Below, piece by piece: positions 34,050 to 42,258 of a stretch of DNA of 64,000 bases (positions are counted from its first letter, which is position 1; each line of letters opens with the position of its first letter). The stretch lies in NCBI GenBank assembly GCA_964639245.1, contig CAZXCU010000001.1:936771-1000770 (forward strand), written 5' to 3'. The position numbers and the translations under genes were made by a program. Origin of the DNA: an uncultured Anaerolineae bacterium (lineage in GTDB: Bacteria > Chloroflexota > Anaerolineae > Aggregatilineales > J027). The notes under the pieces were generated by a model. The model saw only the letters and a program-made list of their open reading frames with translations. It made no database searches and was not told the DNA's origin.

Positions 34050-34844
34050 TTATTCCCTGCCCGCGTAATAATCTGGCACACGATGGTCATGTTCCTGTGG
34101 TGGACGGCGATACCCGTCATCAATTTTGGGGAGGGGGGGCAGTTCAATCGGGGCGGGGATGGCATCCTCATACGGAATCTGCTCTAACAAATGGTGCATC
34201 ACATTTAAGCGCATTCGTTTTTTGTCGTCGGATTGAATTTGCCACCATGGAGATTCGGGAATGTCGGTGTGTTCCATCATCAAATCCTTTGCCCGCGAAA
34301 ATTCGACCCATTTTTCCCGTGCCTGGAAATCCACCGGACTGAGTTTCCAGCGTTTGGTGGGGTCGGCGGCGCGTTCCTGAAAGCGTTTTTCTTGTTCTTC
34401 ACGGCTCACCGACAGCCAATATTTAATCAAATGAATGCCCGAACGAATCAACATGCGTTCAAATTCGGGGCAGGAACGCAAAAATTCCCAGTATTCATCC
34501 TCGGTGCAAAAGCCCATCACCCGTTCCACCACAGCGCGGTTATACCAGCTACGGTCAAAAATGACGATTTCCCCCCCGGCGGGCAGATGCGCCACATAGC
34601 GCTGAAAATACCATTGGGTACGCTCCACATCAGAGGGTTTAGACAGCGCGACCAAACGCAGACCACGCGGATTTAACGAGTCGGTAATGCGCTGAATGGT
34701 TCCGCCTTTGCCGGCGGCATCGCGCCCTTCAAAGACAATCGCCACCCGCAAGCCTTTTTCCTTGACCCAATATTGCAATTTCACCAGTTCAAATTGCAGG
34801 CGTGCTAACTCTTTTTCATAAAACTTTTCATCCAATTTTTTCAT
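34050..34844 (-). CDS. ppk2: Polyphosphate kinase 2 family protein
   Basis: ATG 34844 with GAGGG RBS; the track starts at GTG 34856. FEGRDAAGKGGTIQRI Walker A and FDRSWYNR motifs. Confidence 0.85.
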   Translation of the reverse strand: MKKLDEKFYEKELARLQFELVKLQYWVKEKGLRVAIVFEGRDAAGKGGTIQRITDSLNPRGLRLVALSKPSDVERTQWYFQRYVAHLPAGGEIVIFDRSWYNRAVVERVMGFCTEDEYWEFLRSCPEFERMLIRSGIHLIKYWLSVSREEQEKRFQERAADPTKRWKLSPVDFQAREKWVEFSRAKDLMMEHTDIPESPWWQIQSDDKKRMRLNVMHHLLEQIPYEDAIPAPIELPPLPKIDDGYRRPPQEHDHRVPDYYAGRE

Positions 34845-34961
34845 GATGACCCTCACTTCTTGTCTAAATTATGACTCCAAAACCGCCCTTCGGAAAACGC
34901 GAGAACGTGTGTTTGCAATCTTGCCAAGCTGCATTAAACTTATGCCTAGATTGAGGGACGT

Positions 34962-35696
34962 ATGCAAAATCTTAACCCGACCAACAGCCGCAATCGGCGA
35001 GCGCTTTTTTATCTGGCTTTTCTCGGTTTACCCCTGACCTTTGGAGCGTGTATTGGCCTCGCTTCGATTGTTCTTCTCACGCAACTGCCTGTTTTGGGTG
35101 ATTTTAATATGCTGGGCATCATTTGTTTGGGGATACTCAGTTTTATCGGCATCATCGTTGGCCCGATTTCTATTTATCGCGGCTTTACGTTGGAACACGA
35201 TAACCAATTGGCCTTTCAGGTCGGTGAAATGTTGGCACAATCTTTTGGGTCAGACCCACGCTACAAGTTTGTCCGCAATGTCAGCCGCCGCAATTTGGGC
35301 TATTTAGACGCGGTGCTGGTGGGGCCGCCCGGTGCGCTGGTCTTTCGCATTGTGGATTATCAGGGCATGTGGCGCAACGAAATGACCGAATGGAAATATC
35401 AAAATCCGAAAAATGGCAAAATTGTTCCAGCCCGCATCAACCCCACCCGTGAATGTGCGCGGGATGTCTATGCCCTGCGAAAATACCTCAAACGGCGCGG
35501 TCTGGATAAAGTCCCTGTGTATGGCATCGTGGTTTTTCATCCGGGACAAAATTTGGTGTTGCAGGCTTCCGGCCCCATTATTCCGATTACCAAAACCGAA
35601 CGACTCTATGAAGTCATGACCCGCGATTATTTAAAAGTCGAACGGATTAATATTTCCCAGATTGAAGCGACGGTGGACGCAATTATTGATGGGTAG
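34962..35696 (+). CDS. NERD domain-containing membrane protein
   Basis: Two N-terminal TM helices, then LGYLDAVLVGPPGALVFRIVDYQG ... VYGIVVF, the pattern I associate with the nuclease-related NERD domain. Confidence 0.55.
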   Translation: MQNLNPTNSRNRRALFYLAFLGLPLTFGACIGLASIVLLTQLPVLGDFNMLGIICLGILSFIGIIVGPISIYRGFTLEHDNQLAFQVGEMLAQSFGSDPRYKFVRNVSRRNLGYLDAVLVGPPGALVFRIVDYQGMWRNEMTEWKYQNPKNGKIVPARINPTRECARDVYALRKYLKRRGLDKVPVYGIVVFHPGQNLVLQASGPIIPITKTERLYEVMTRDYLKVERINISQIEATVDAIIDG

Positions 35697-35699
35697 CGC

Positions 35700-36413
35700 A
35701 TGACCAAAAAAGAAATCAAGCGGAGTGAATCCATTTCCGATTCGGAATTGAAGCGTACCGAGTCCATTGAGGACTTTTTGAAGATTGTCTATCAGCTTCA
35801 GCAAAAAGAAGAACGGGTGCGTACCAGCAGCATTGCCGAAGCCCTGAATATTACCGCCCCGTCTGCCCACGATTTTATTAGTCGCTGTCAGGATGCCAAC
35901 CTGCTCGATTATGTGTCACATAAAGGGGTGCGCCTCACCGAAGCGGGGGAACGGATTGCCCTTGAAGTGTTGCGGCATCACCGCTTGCTAGAACTGTATC
36001 TGGTGGAAGCATTAGACTATTCATGGGATGAAGTTCACGAAGAAGCTGACCGTCTGGAACACCATATTTCCGAGACCCTCGAAGCGCGAATTGCGGCTAT
36101 TCTGGGGCATCCCACCGTTGACCCGCACGGCGACCCCATTCCAACGGTGGATGGCAAATTGCCGGGACGCGGCCTGCTCAAATTAGCCGAACTCCCGTTG
36201 CAAAAACCCGCGATGGTCAGCCGCTTGCTCGACCAAACACCCGAAAATTTGCGCTATTTAGAAGGCAAGGGTTTGGTTTTGGGGGTCACCGTGACTATTT
36301 TAGAGCGCGAACCTTTTGATGGCCTTACCCATCTGGATGTGGGCGGCACGCGGCAAGTCATTGGTGAATCGACGGCAAGATTTGTTTTGGTCAAACTTTC
36401 TGAAGAAACTTAA
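35700..36413 (+). CDS. DtxR/MntR-family metal-dependent transcriptional regulator with FeoA/SH3-like C-terminal domain
   Basis: RLTEAGERIALEVLRHHRLLELYL and DEVHEEADRLEHHIS motifs. C-terminal LAELPLQKPAMVSRL...GVTVTILE. Starts 3 nt after the NERD gene stop. Confidence 0.85.
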   Translation: MTKKEIKRSESISDSELKRTESIEDFLKIVYQLQQKEERVRTSSIAEALNITAPSAHDFISRCQDANLLDYVSHKGVRLTEAGERIALEVLRHHRLLELYLVEALDYSWDEVHEEADRLEHHISETLEARIAAILGHPTVDPHGDPIPTVDGKLPGRGLLKLAELPLQKPAMVSRLLDQTPENLRYLEGKGLVLGVTVTILEREPFDGLTHLDVGGTRQVIGESTARFVLVKLSEET

Positions 36414-36507
36414 ATTTTTCCCCCTAAGCACAAATGCGAACTTTCAGGTAGACTAGCTTTATCGCTAACCGTGCAATCCTTTTGGAGGGGTTGTTTTAGG
36501 CTGCGCT

Positions 36508-39500
36508 ATGAAAGAAGTCGCTCCCAGAATATATCAAGTGTTGGTGGATGCCCTCAAAGCACAAGGGGTATCTTCTACACAATTGATGGATTTCCTACCT
36601 GCCGGATTCATTGCCCTGCTCTATTCGCAAGAATCCCTTGATTGGGAGTCTTTTATTGCGCTCTGCGAACGGGTTGAACAGGTCTATCAAGGCGATCTTG
36701 AAACTGTTCCCGCGCTGGAAACCTGGTTTGAATTTCCGCACCTGCTGAATGGCCTGTGGAGCAACCCTTACCAGTTGTATCGCCAGATTGAAAAAATGTT
36801 GCCGTCGGCGCTGCCCCTATCGGTTCAACGTCAACCCGCCAGCAGTGATTTCCAACAGCATCTGCGTGTGAATATTGTTACACCCTCTGCCGCTTCCTAT
36901 GCTTTTTTGCGGTTGTTGGGCGAAGCGCTGCGTCGTGCGCCGCGTGTGCTTCAGTTGGATGATGCTTTATTGGAGGTGCAGCTGGATTCTGTGAGAACAG
37001 CCCATTACCGTCTCACCCTTCATCCGGCGGCGACCTTCATCGGGCGCTTGCAAATGGCCTATCAATTTTTGGTACATCCCGGCAAGCTCCGTCGGGAATT
37101 TCAGCGCCAGATTGACCAAGCCCAATTCATGCGCGGCGAACTGGCCCGTCTCAAGCAGCATAATGAAGATTATCAAATGCTGCTGCTGCTCTGTGAACAA
37201 ACGGCTGGCTTGCATCACGCCACCGCCCAAGCATTTGCTCAAGAAGTCGTCCAGTTAATGCTCCGATATTTGCCCTGTGAGGGCGTGGTTTTTTCAGCCC
37301 CAGATTCCGCAGTCTCAACCACGTTTTTTTATGAAAGTGGCAAATTTACCAGCAAAATGGTGCAGTCTTATCCTTTGCATGGCGAAACAGCGCGGTTGGA
37401 TGTCTGGTGGGTGGGGCGTAGCCTCGATTTAGCCCCGTTGGTCGCGGTATTGGAAAGTCTGTTACAGCGTCTGATGTTGTCGCAGCAAGCGCATAATCTC
37501 CAAGCCCAGTTGATTGTTCAAATGGACATCCGCGAAAAATTACTCGATGACATGCGCTTGGCAGAAGGGCGCTGGCGTACCTTGGTTGAAGATGCCCCCG
37601 CCGTGTTGACCATCTTAGACCGCAACGGCAATATTGAATATACCAATTACCGCTATGGCGGCATGGCAATTGAAAAAGTGCTGGGGACATCCATTTACGA
37701 TTACTCTCCGCTCGAATCGCATGAGAATATTAGTAAAGCCTTTCAGCGTGCCGAAAAAAACGCACAACCCGAAACTTACGAACACATTGCGACCAATGAG
37801 CAGGGAAAATTGGCATGGTACGAAAGCCGCTTGAGTCCGGTGATTCGGCGGGGCAAGGTGGTCAACTTTACCCTCATTAGCAATGACATTACCCTCCGTC
37901 GCAACAATGACGAAGAAATCCGTAACCGTGCTAAGGAAATGGAAACGCTTGCCGATGTGAGTTCGGTGATTATTCGCACCCTTGACCCGCAGGAACTCAT
38001 GGATTTGGTCTGCGAAGTCACCAAAAAACAGTTCGATTTTTACCATGTCCAAGTGTATTTGCTGAATGAAAACGGACGCACCCTTACCCTTGCCGCCGGC
38101 ACTGGCACCGCCGGACAAAATCTGGTCAAAAGCAAATGGTCGTTCACCTTCAATACGCCTAAACAGGGGTTGGTGGTGCAATCTGCTCGTACCCGTAGCG
38201 TTGTTCTTAGCAATGATGTCTCCAAAGATAATCGTTTTTTTTACAATATGTACCTGCCGCGCACCCGTTCTGAATTGGCGCTGCCAATGATTGTTGGGGA
38301 ACGTCTCATTGGGGTGCTGGATATTCAAGCCGACAAAGCCAATCGGTTTAACCAGTCCGATCTAAAAGTTATGGAAACGCTGACCGCGCAGGTTGCGGTT
38401 GCCCTGAATAATGCTCAACTTTTCGCTAAGTTAAAACGCCAGAACGAAATCGCCGATACCCTGCGCGATATTAGTGTTATGCTCAACAGCACGCTGGATT
38501 TACGAACGATTTTGCAGCGTATTCTGGATCAAGTGAAACGGGTGCTGCCTTATGATGCTGCCAACGTCCGCCTTGATGACGGGACAGGGCGTTTTTATGC
38601 GGTGGCATGGGTGGGCTATGAACGTTTTGGCGGGCCAGAGGTTGAACGTGCCGCCACCTTCACCCCCGAAGACTCGCGTTTGCTGCGGATGATGGTGAAT
38701 GAAAAACGCTCTTTGATTGTCTCCGATTTGAGCCAAGAACCCCAATGGGCAGAAACTTCGCCCGGTTTTGACTGGGTGCAGTCGTGGGCTGGTACACCGA
38801 TTGTGGTCGAAGATCGTCTGGTGGGAATGGTCAGTTTGGATCACACACAAACCGGTTTTTACACCGCACAGCACCTGCCCCTGCTTGAATCGCTGCGGAT
38901 TCAAGTCTCCATTGCAGTTTCTAATGCCCGTTTATTTGAAGCGGAACGGCGGCGGCGGCAGGAAATCGAATCGGTGCAGCGCAGCAGTTTGAGCCTGACT
39001 TCTATGTTGGAACTTTCTCAGGTGCTAGAAGCGATTGTGGCGGCGGTGGTTGACCTCACCAAAGCGGATGATGTCCACATCTTTTTGTATGACGGCGACG
39101 AACTGCGCTTCGGGGCTGGGCTGCATTTGGGGGAACATTTGCAGCAAGCCTTCATTGAACCCCGCCCCAATGGTGTGACCTATCATGTTGCCCGCACGGG
39201 GGAGCAGTTTGTCGTCAACAATGTCCAGCAGCACCCCCTGTATCAAGGCCAGCATTTTGAATTTATGAGCGCTATCATGGGGCTGCCCCTTAAAATCGGG
39301 GAACGGGTGGTCGGGGTGATGAATATTGTTTATGCCGAACCCCACCATTTTGAAGAAGTCACTATGCAGGCGTTACAACTCCTAGTCAACCAAGCCAGTA
39401 TTGCGATTGAAAATGCGCGGTTGTACGAAACCGTCAGCGAATATGCCGAACGCATGGCAGACCGGGTACGCGAACGCACCTACGAGCTAGAGCGGGAACG

Positions 39501-40536
39501 CGCCCAATTGCAAGCCATCCTCGATTCGATGGGCGAAGGCGTGGTGTATGACGAAAACTTGACCATCAAATATTATAATCGAGCGCTCCGCGAAATCACG
39601 GGATATGAAAATTCCGGTTGGAAAAATTACAGCGAGATGATGGCTTCGCTCATCCCAGAAGAAAAAACCCGTTCGCATCTGATTGAGTCGCTCTATCGCT
39701 CCATTGACCGTCAAGAAGCGTGGTGCAGCGAAGTGGTGATGCACCATCAGGACGGCTCGCCTTTCACCGCACGCATCATTTGTCATCCGGTCATCGATGC
39801 ACTGGGGAGTATCACAGGCGCGGTCATGCTCATGCAAGACATCAGCGCGGACAAAGAACTGGAAGCCCAGAAAGACCGTTTTATTGCCCATGCCTCGCAT
39901 GAGCTTCGTACCCCGCTTGCCAATCTCAAAACGCGCTTGTATTTGCTCAAACGCCAGCCCGAAAAACAGGACTATCACCTCAAAATCATGGAGCATGTTT
40001 CCGAGCAAATGTCCGAATTGGTGGAAGATTTGCTGGATGTCTCCCGTTTTCAGCGCGGCGTATTGGAAATGGAGCAGCATTGGCATGTGATTCAAGAACT
40101 GCTCCAATTTGTGCATGAAGTGCAAATGATGGAAGCAGAAAAGAAACAAATCACGTTTACTAAAATTGTGCCAGAAACCCCCTTACAAGCATGGGTCGAT
40201 TTGCGCCGTTTGCGTCAGGTGGTCACGAACTTGGTCATCAACGCCATCAATTACACGCCGGCGGGCGGGCAAATGGAACTTCGCCTCGTTGAAGATGGTG
40301 ACTTTTTTGAAATTCAAGTGCAGGACAACGGCATCGGAATCGCGCCGGAACATCATCAGCAGGTCTTTGAACCTTTTTTCCGGGCGACCCAGAGTACCGA
40401 ACGTGGCACAGGGTTGGGGTTGGCAATTACCTATCAAATTGTCAAACTGCATCAGGGGGATATTTTGTTAGAAAGTGACTTGGGCAAGGGCAGCCTGTTC
40501 CGTGTGCGCCTGCCCATTCATCCCATTGAGGACTAA
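36508..40536 (+). CDS. Soluble multi-domain sensor histidine kinase (unknown N-domain, PAS, 3 GAF, PAS, HisKA, HATPase_c)
   Basis: H-box HASHELRTPL, G1 DNGIGI, G2 GTGLGLAI. Three GAF-like blocks each end in NAQLF/NARLFE/NARLYE. No obvious TM segment and no adjacent response regulator. Confidence 0.85.
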   Translation: MKEVAPRIYQVLVDALKAQGVSSTQLMDFLPAGFIALLYSQESLDWESFIALCERVEQVYQGDLETVPALETWFEFPHLLNGLWSNPYQLYRQIEKMLPSALPLSVQRQPASSDFQQHLRVNIVTPSAASYAFLRLLGEALRRAPRVLQLDDALLEVQLDSVRTAHYRLTLHPAATFIGRLQMAYQFLVHPGKLRREFQRQIDQAQFMRGELARLKQHNEDYQMLLLLCEQTAGLHHATAQAFAQEVVQLMLRYLPCEGVVFSAPDSAVSTTFFYESGKFTSKMVQSYPLHGETARLDVWWVGRSLDLAPLVAVLESLLQRLMLSQQAHNLQAQLIVQMDIREKLLDDMRLAEGRWRTLVEDAPAVLTILDRNGNIEYTNYRYGGMAIEKVLGTSIYDYSPLESHENISKAFQRAEKNAQPETYEHIATNEQGKLAWYESRLSPVIRRGKVVNFTLISNDITLRRNNDEEIRNRAKEMETLADVSSVIIRTLDPQELMDLVCEVTKKQFDFYHVQVYLLNENGRTLTLAAGTGTAGQNLVKSKWSFTFNTPKQGLVVQSARTRSVVLSNDVSKDNRFFYNMYLPRTRSELALPMIVGERLIGVLDIQADKANRFNQSDLKVMETLTAQVAVALNNAQLFAKLKRQNEIADTLRDISVMLNSTLDLRTILQRILDQVKRVLPYDAANVRLDDGTGRFYAVAWVGYERFGGPEVERAATFTPEDSRLLRMMVNEKRSLIVSDLSQEPQWAETSPGFDWVQSWAGTPIVVEDRLVGMVSLDHTQTGFYTAQHLPLLESLRIQVSIAVSNARLFEAERRRRQEIESVQRSSLSLTSMLELSQVLEAIVAAVVDLTKADDVHIFLYDGDELRFGAGLHLGEHLQQAFIEPRPNGVTYHVARTGEQFVVNNVQQHPLYQGQHFEFMSAIMGLPLKIGERVVGVMNIVYAEPHHFEEVTMQALQLLVNQASIAIENARLYETVSEYAERMADRVRERTYELERERAQLQAILDSMGEGVVYDENLTIKYYNRALREITGYENSGWKNYSEMMASLIPEEKTRSHLIESLYRSIDRQEAWCSEVVMHHQDGSPFTARIICHPVIDALGSITGAVMLMQDISADKELEAQKDRFIAHASHELRTPLANLKTRLYLLKRQPEKQDYHLKIMEHVSEQMSELVEDLLDVSRFQRGVLEMEQHWHVIQELLQFVHEVQMMEAEKKQITFTKIVPETPLQAWVDLRRLRQVVTNLVINAINYTPAGGQMELRLVEDGDFFEIQVQDNGIGIAPEHHQQVFEPFFRATQSTERGTGLGLAITYQIVKLHQGDILLESDLGKGSLFRVRLPIHPIED

Positions 40537-40547
40537 AGGAGAATCGC

Positions 40548-41102
40548 ATGGTCGCCCCTGCAAAAATGTACACCACCGAAGACTTTACTCAATTTACTGC
40601 CCAACATCCAGATCGCTTATTTCAACTTATAGATGGAGAAATTGTCGAAAAAGTGCCTACTGAAGAACATGGAGCAATTGTTTCTAAAATCATTGCCCGG
40701 CTTGTGGTGTATATTGAAACCCACAACATTGCCGGGCGTGTGGTGACAGAAGGTAGCTATCGTACTCCCCAAGACGATTATAATACGCGCTTACCTGATG
40801 TTGCTTATACATCGCCAGAACGTCTCATGCCGCTTGTCAAAAAGGGCGATGCTCTCCAAATGCCTGATTTAGCGATTGAAGTCAAATCTCCTACCGATAC
40901 CTATAAAGCCACCAAAGATAAAGCGCATTATTACCTTCTGAATGGTACAAAAATGGTGTGGCTAGTCTATCCTGAAAAACAAATTGTGACTGTCTTAACC
41001 CCTGACACGGAAGATATTTTCACTGTCCAAGACACCCTAGCCGCCGATGAGATCATTCCCGGTTTTGCCCTAGAAGTCAAAACAATTTTTAATGTTATCT
41101 AG
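40548..41102 (+). CDS. Uma2-family (DUF820) PD-(D/E)xK endonuclease, copy 1
   Basis: LIDGEIVEKV, PDVAYT and PDLAIEVKSPTD motifs. AAGGAGA RBS. Starts 11 nt after the kinase stop. Confidence 0.85.
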   Translation: MVAPAKMYTTEDFTQFTAQHPDRLFQLIDGEIVEKVPTEEHGAIVSKIIARLVVYIETHNIAGRVVTEGSYRTPQDDYNTRLPDVAYTSPERLMPLVKKGDALQMPDLAIEVKSPTDTYKATKDKAHYYLLNGTKMVWLVYPEKQIVTVLTPDTEDIFTVQDTLAADEIIPGFALEVKTIFNVI

Positions 41103-41152
41103 CCAAAAGATAGGGGTGGGCATCTTTCCCACCCATGAGCGCTCTTGGTGAT

Positions 41153-42103
41153 TTATGCAATTTTGGCATGTGCCGCTAAATGCGCTCGATACCATGCCAA
41201 TGTCACCCGCAGCCCTTCGGCAAAAGGAGTCGCATGGTTGCCAAAAGCCCGTTCAAATTTTTGGTGGTCAACCACGAAGGGCTTCTCAAATTCATACATC
41301 ATTTCCACCGTTTCCCTTGCTTCCGGGATGAACAATCCGCCAATCCGCATCATCATTTTGCCCATCGTGCTAATTTTGGCGGGCTGCTCTGCAATCTGAA
41401 AGGCGAGGGTAAGAATTTCACGGGTGGTCAGGGTTGGCGCGTTCGGCACATGCCAGACTTGCCCCAATGCTTCATCCCGTTCCCCTAGAATCGCCAGCGC
41501 TCCCCCGAAATCGTCAATGTAGGTGTAGCTGTGCGGCACATCGAGATTGCCCACCGCTTGGGCGGCCTTCCCCTGCAACATCGGTTCAAAAATGCGTTCG
41601 CCCAAGGTTGACCCCAGCACGCCCGCCCCATAAAAATCTGACCCGCGTGCAATCGCCGCTTGGATTTTGCCTGTCCGATGGGCTGCTAAAACCGCCTCTG
41701 CCATTGCTTCACGGGTTTTGCCTTTGCGGGTGTGGGCATGGTTGGGCAGCGTTTCGACCAATGGTTTGCCATCTGTATCGCCGTACATATACAAATTGTC
41801 CCCGACGATAAATTTGGCTCTGTTGACGGCTGCCCCTTCTAAAATACTGGCTTGCAGGGGGGGGAATTTTTCGACCCATTCGGCATAACCCGGTTGGGCG
41901 CATTGATAGACCACACTTGCGCCCCGGCTGGCTTCGATAGCTTGACTTGGTGTATACACATCAGCCGCAAGCACTTCGACTCCGGCGGGAACATCGGCTT
42001 TCCCACTGCGATTGACCATCCGTACTGACTTGCCGCGTTTAACCAATGCCTTCATCACTGACATTCCTAAGGGGCCTGTGCCAAAAATAACGTGCTTTTC
42101 CAT
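41153..42103 (-). CDS. NAD(P)-dependent epimerase/dehydratase-family (atypical SDR) oxidoreductase
   Basis: Trimmed to ATG 42103 with AGGAG about 8 nt upstream. VIFGTGPLGMSV Rossmann motif. Confidence 0.7.
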   Translation of the reverse strand: MEKHVIFGTGPLGMSVMKALVKRGKSVRMVNRSGKADVPAGVEVLAADVYTPSQAIEASRGASVVYQCAQPGYAEWVEKFPPLQASILEGAAVNRAKFIVGDNLYMYGDTDGKPLVETLPNHAHTRKGKTREAMAEAVLAAHRTGKIQAAIARGSDFYGAGVLGSTLGERIFEPMLQGKAAQAVGNLDVPHSYTYIDDFGGALAILGERDEALGQVWHVPNAPTLTTREILTLAFQIAEQPAKISTMGKMMMRIGGLFIPEARETVEMMYEFEKPFVVDHQKFERAFGNHATPFAEGLRVTLAWYRAHLAAHAKIA

Positions 42104-42137
42104 GGGGTGTACTCCTATTTTTGTGTTTGTTATTTTC

Positions 42138-42168
42138 AGAGTACGGTTTGACACAGTGTCAAAGTCAA
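42138..42168 (-). promoter_or_regulatory. MerR-type promoter (19-bp spacer, perfect dyad) upstream of the SDR gene
   Basis: Minus strand reads TTGACT (42168-42163), a 19-nt spacer, then TACTCT (42143-42138). The spacer holds the palindrome TTGACAC-A-GTGTCAA (42148-42162). Confidence 0.65.
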
Positions 42169-42216
42169 GCAGCAGTTTGGATGAATTTTAAAATTGATTT
42201 TTTGCTGATGAATGGA

Positions 42217-42243
42217 CTGTAGGGGCCGAGACGATTCCCGCCC
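42217..42243. repeat. Short GC-rich hairpin repeat beginning CTGTAGGGG
   Basis: CTGTAGGGGCCGAGACGATTCCCGCCC, same family as 33207-33243. Lies between the methyltransferase stop and the SDR promoter. Confidence 0.5.
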
Positions 42244-42258
42244 ATGAGGAGACAAAAT

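Noticed and set aside
37615-38328. Long antisense ORFs inside the histidine kinase gene: 237 aa here, 220 aa at 39487..40149 and 134 aa at 38500..38904.
   Set aside because: They are fully nested antisense to a gene with unambiguous PAS/GAF/HisKA/HATPase motifs. Their translations are compositionally odd (His/Phe/Arg-rich) with no start context.
41103-41152. GGGTGGG-N7-CCCACCC hairpin between convergent genes, as a possible terminator.
   Set aside because: No U tract on either strand. It is not listed as a feature, though it may still be a REP-like hairpin.
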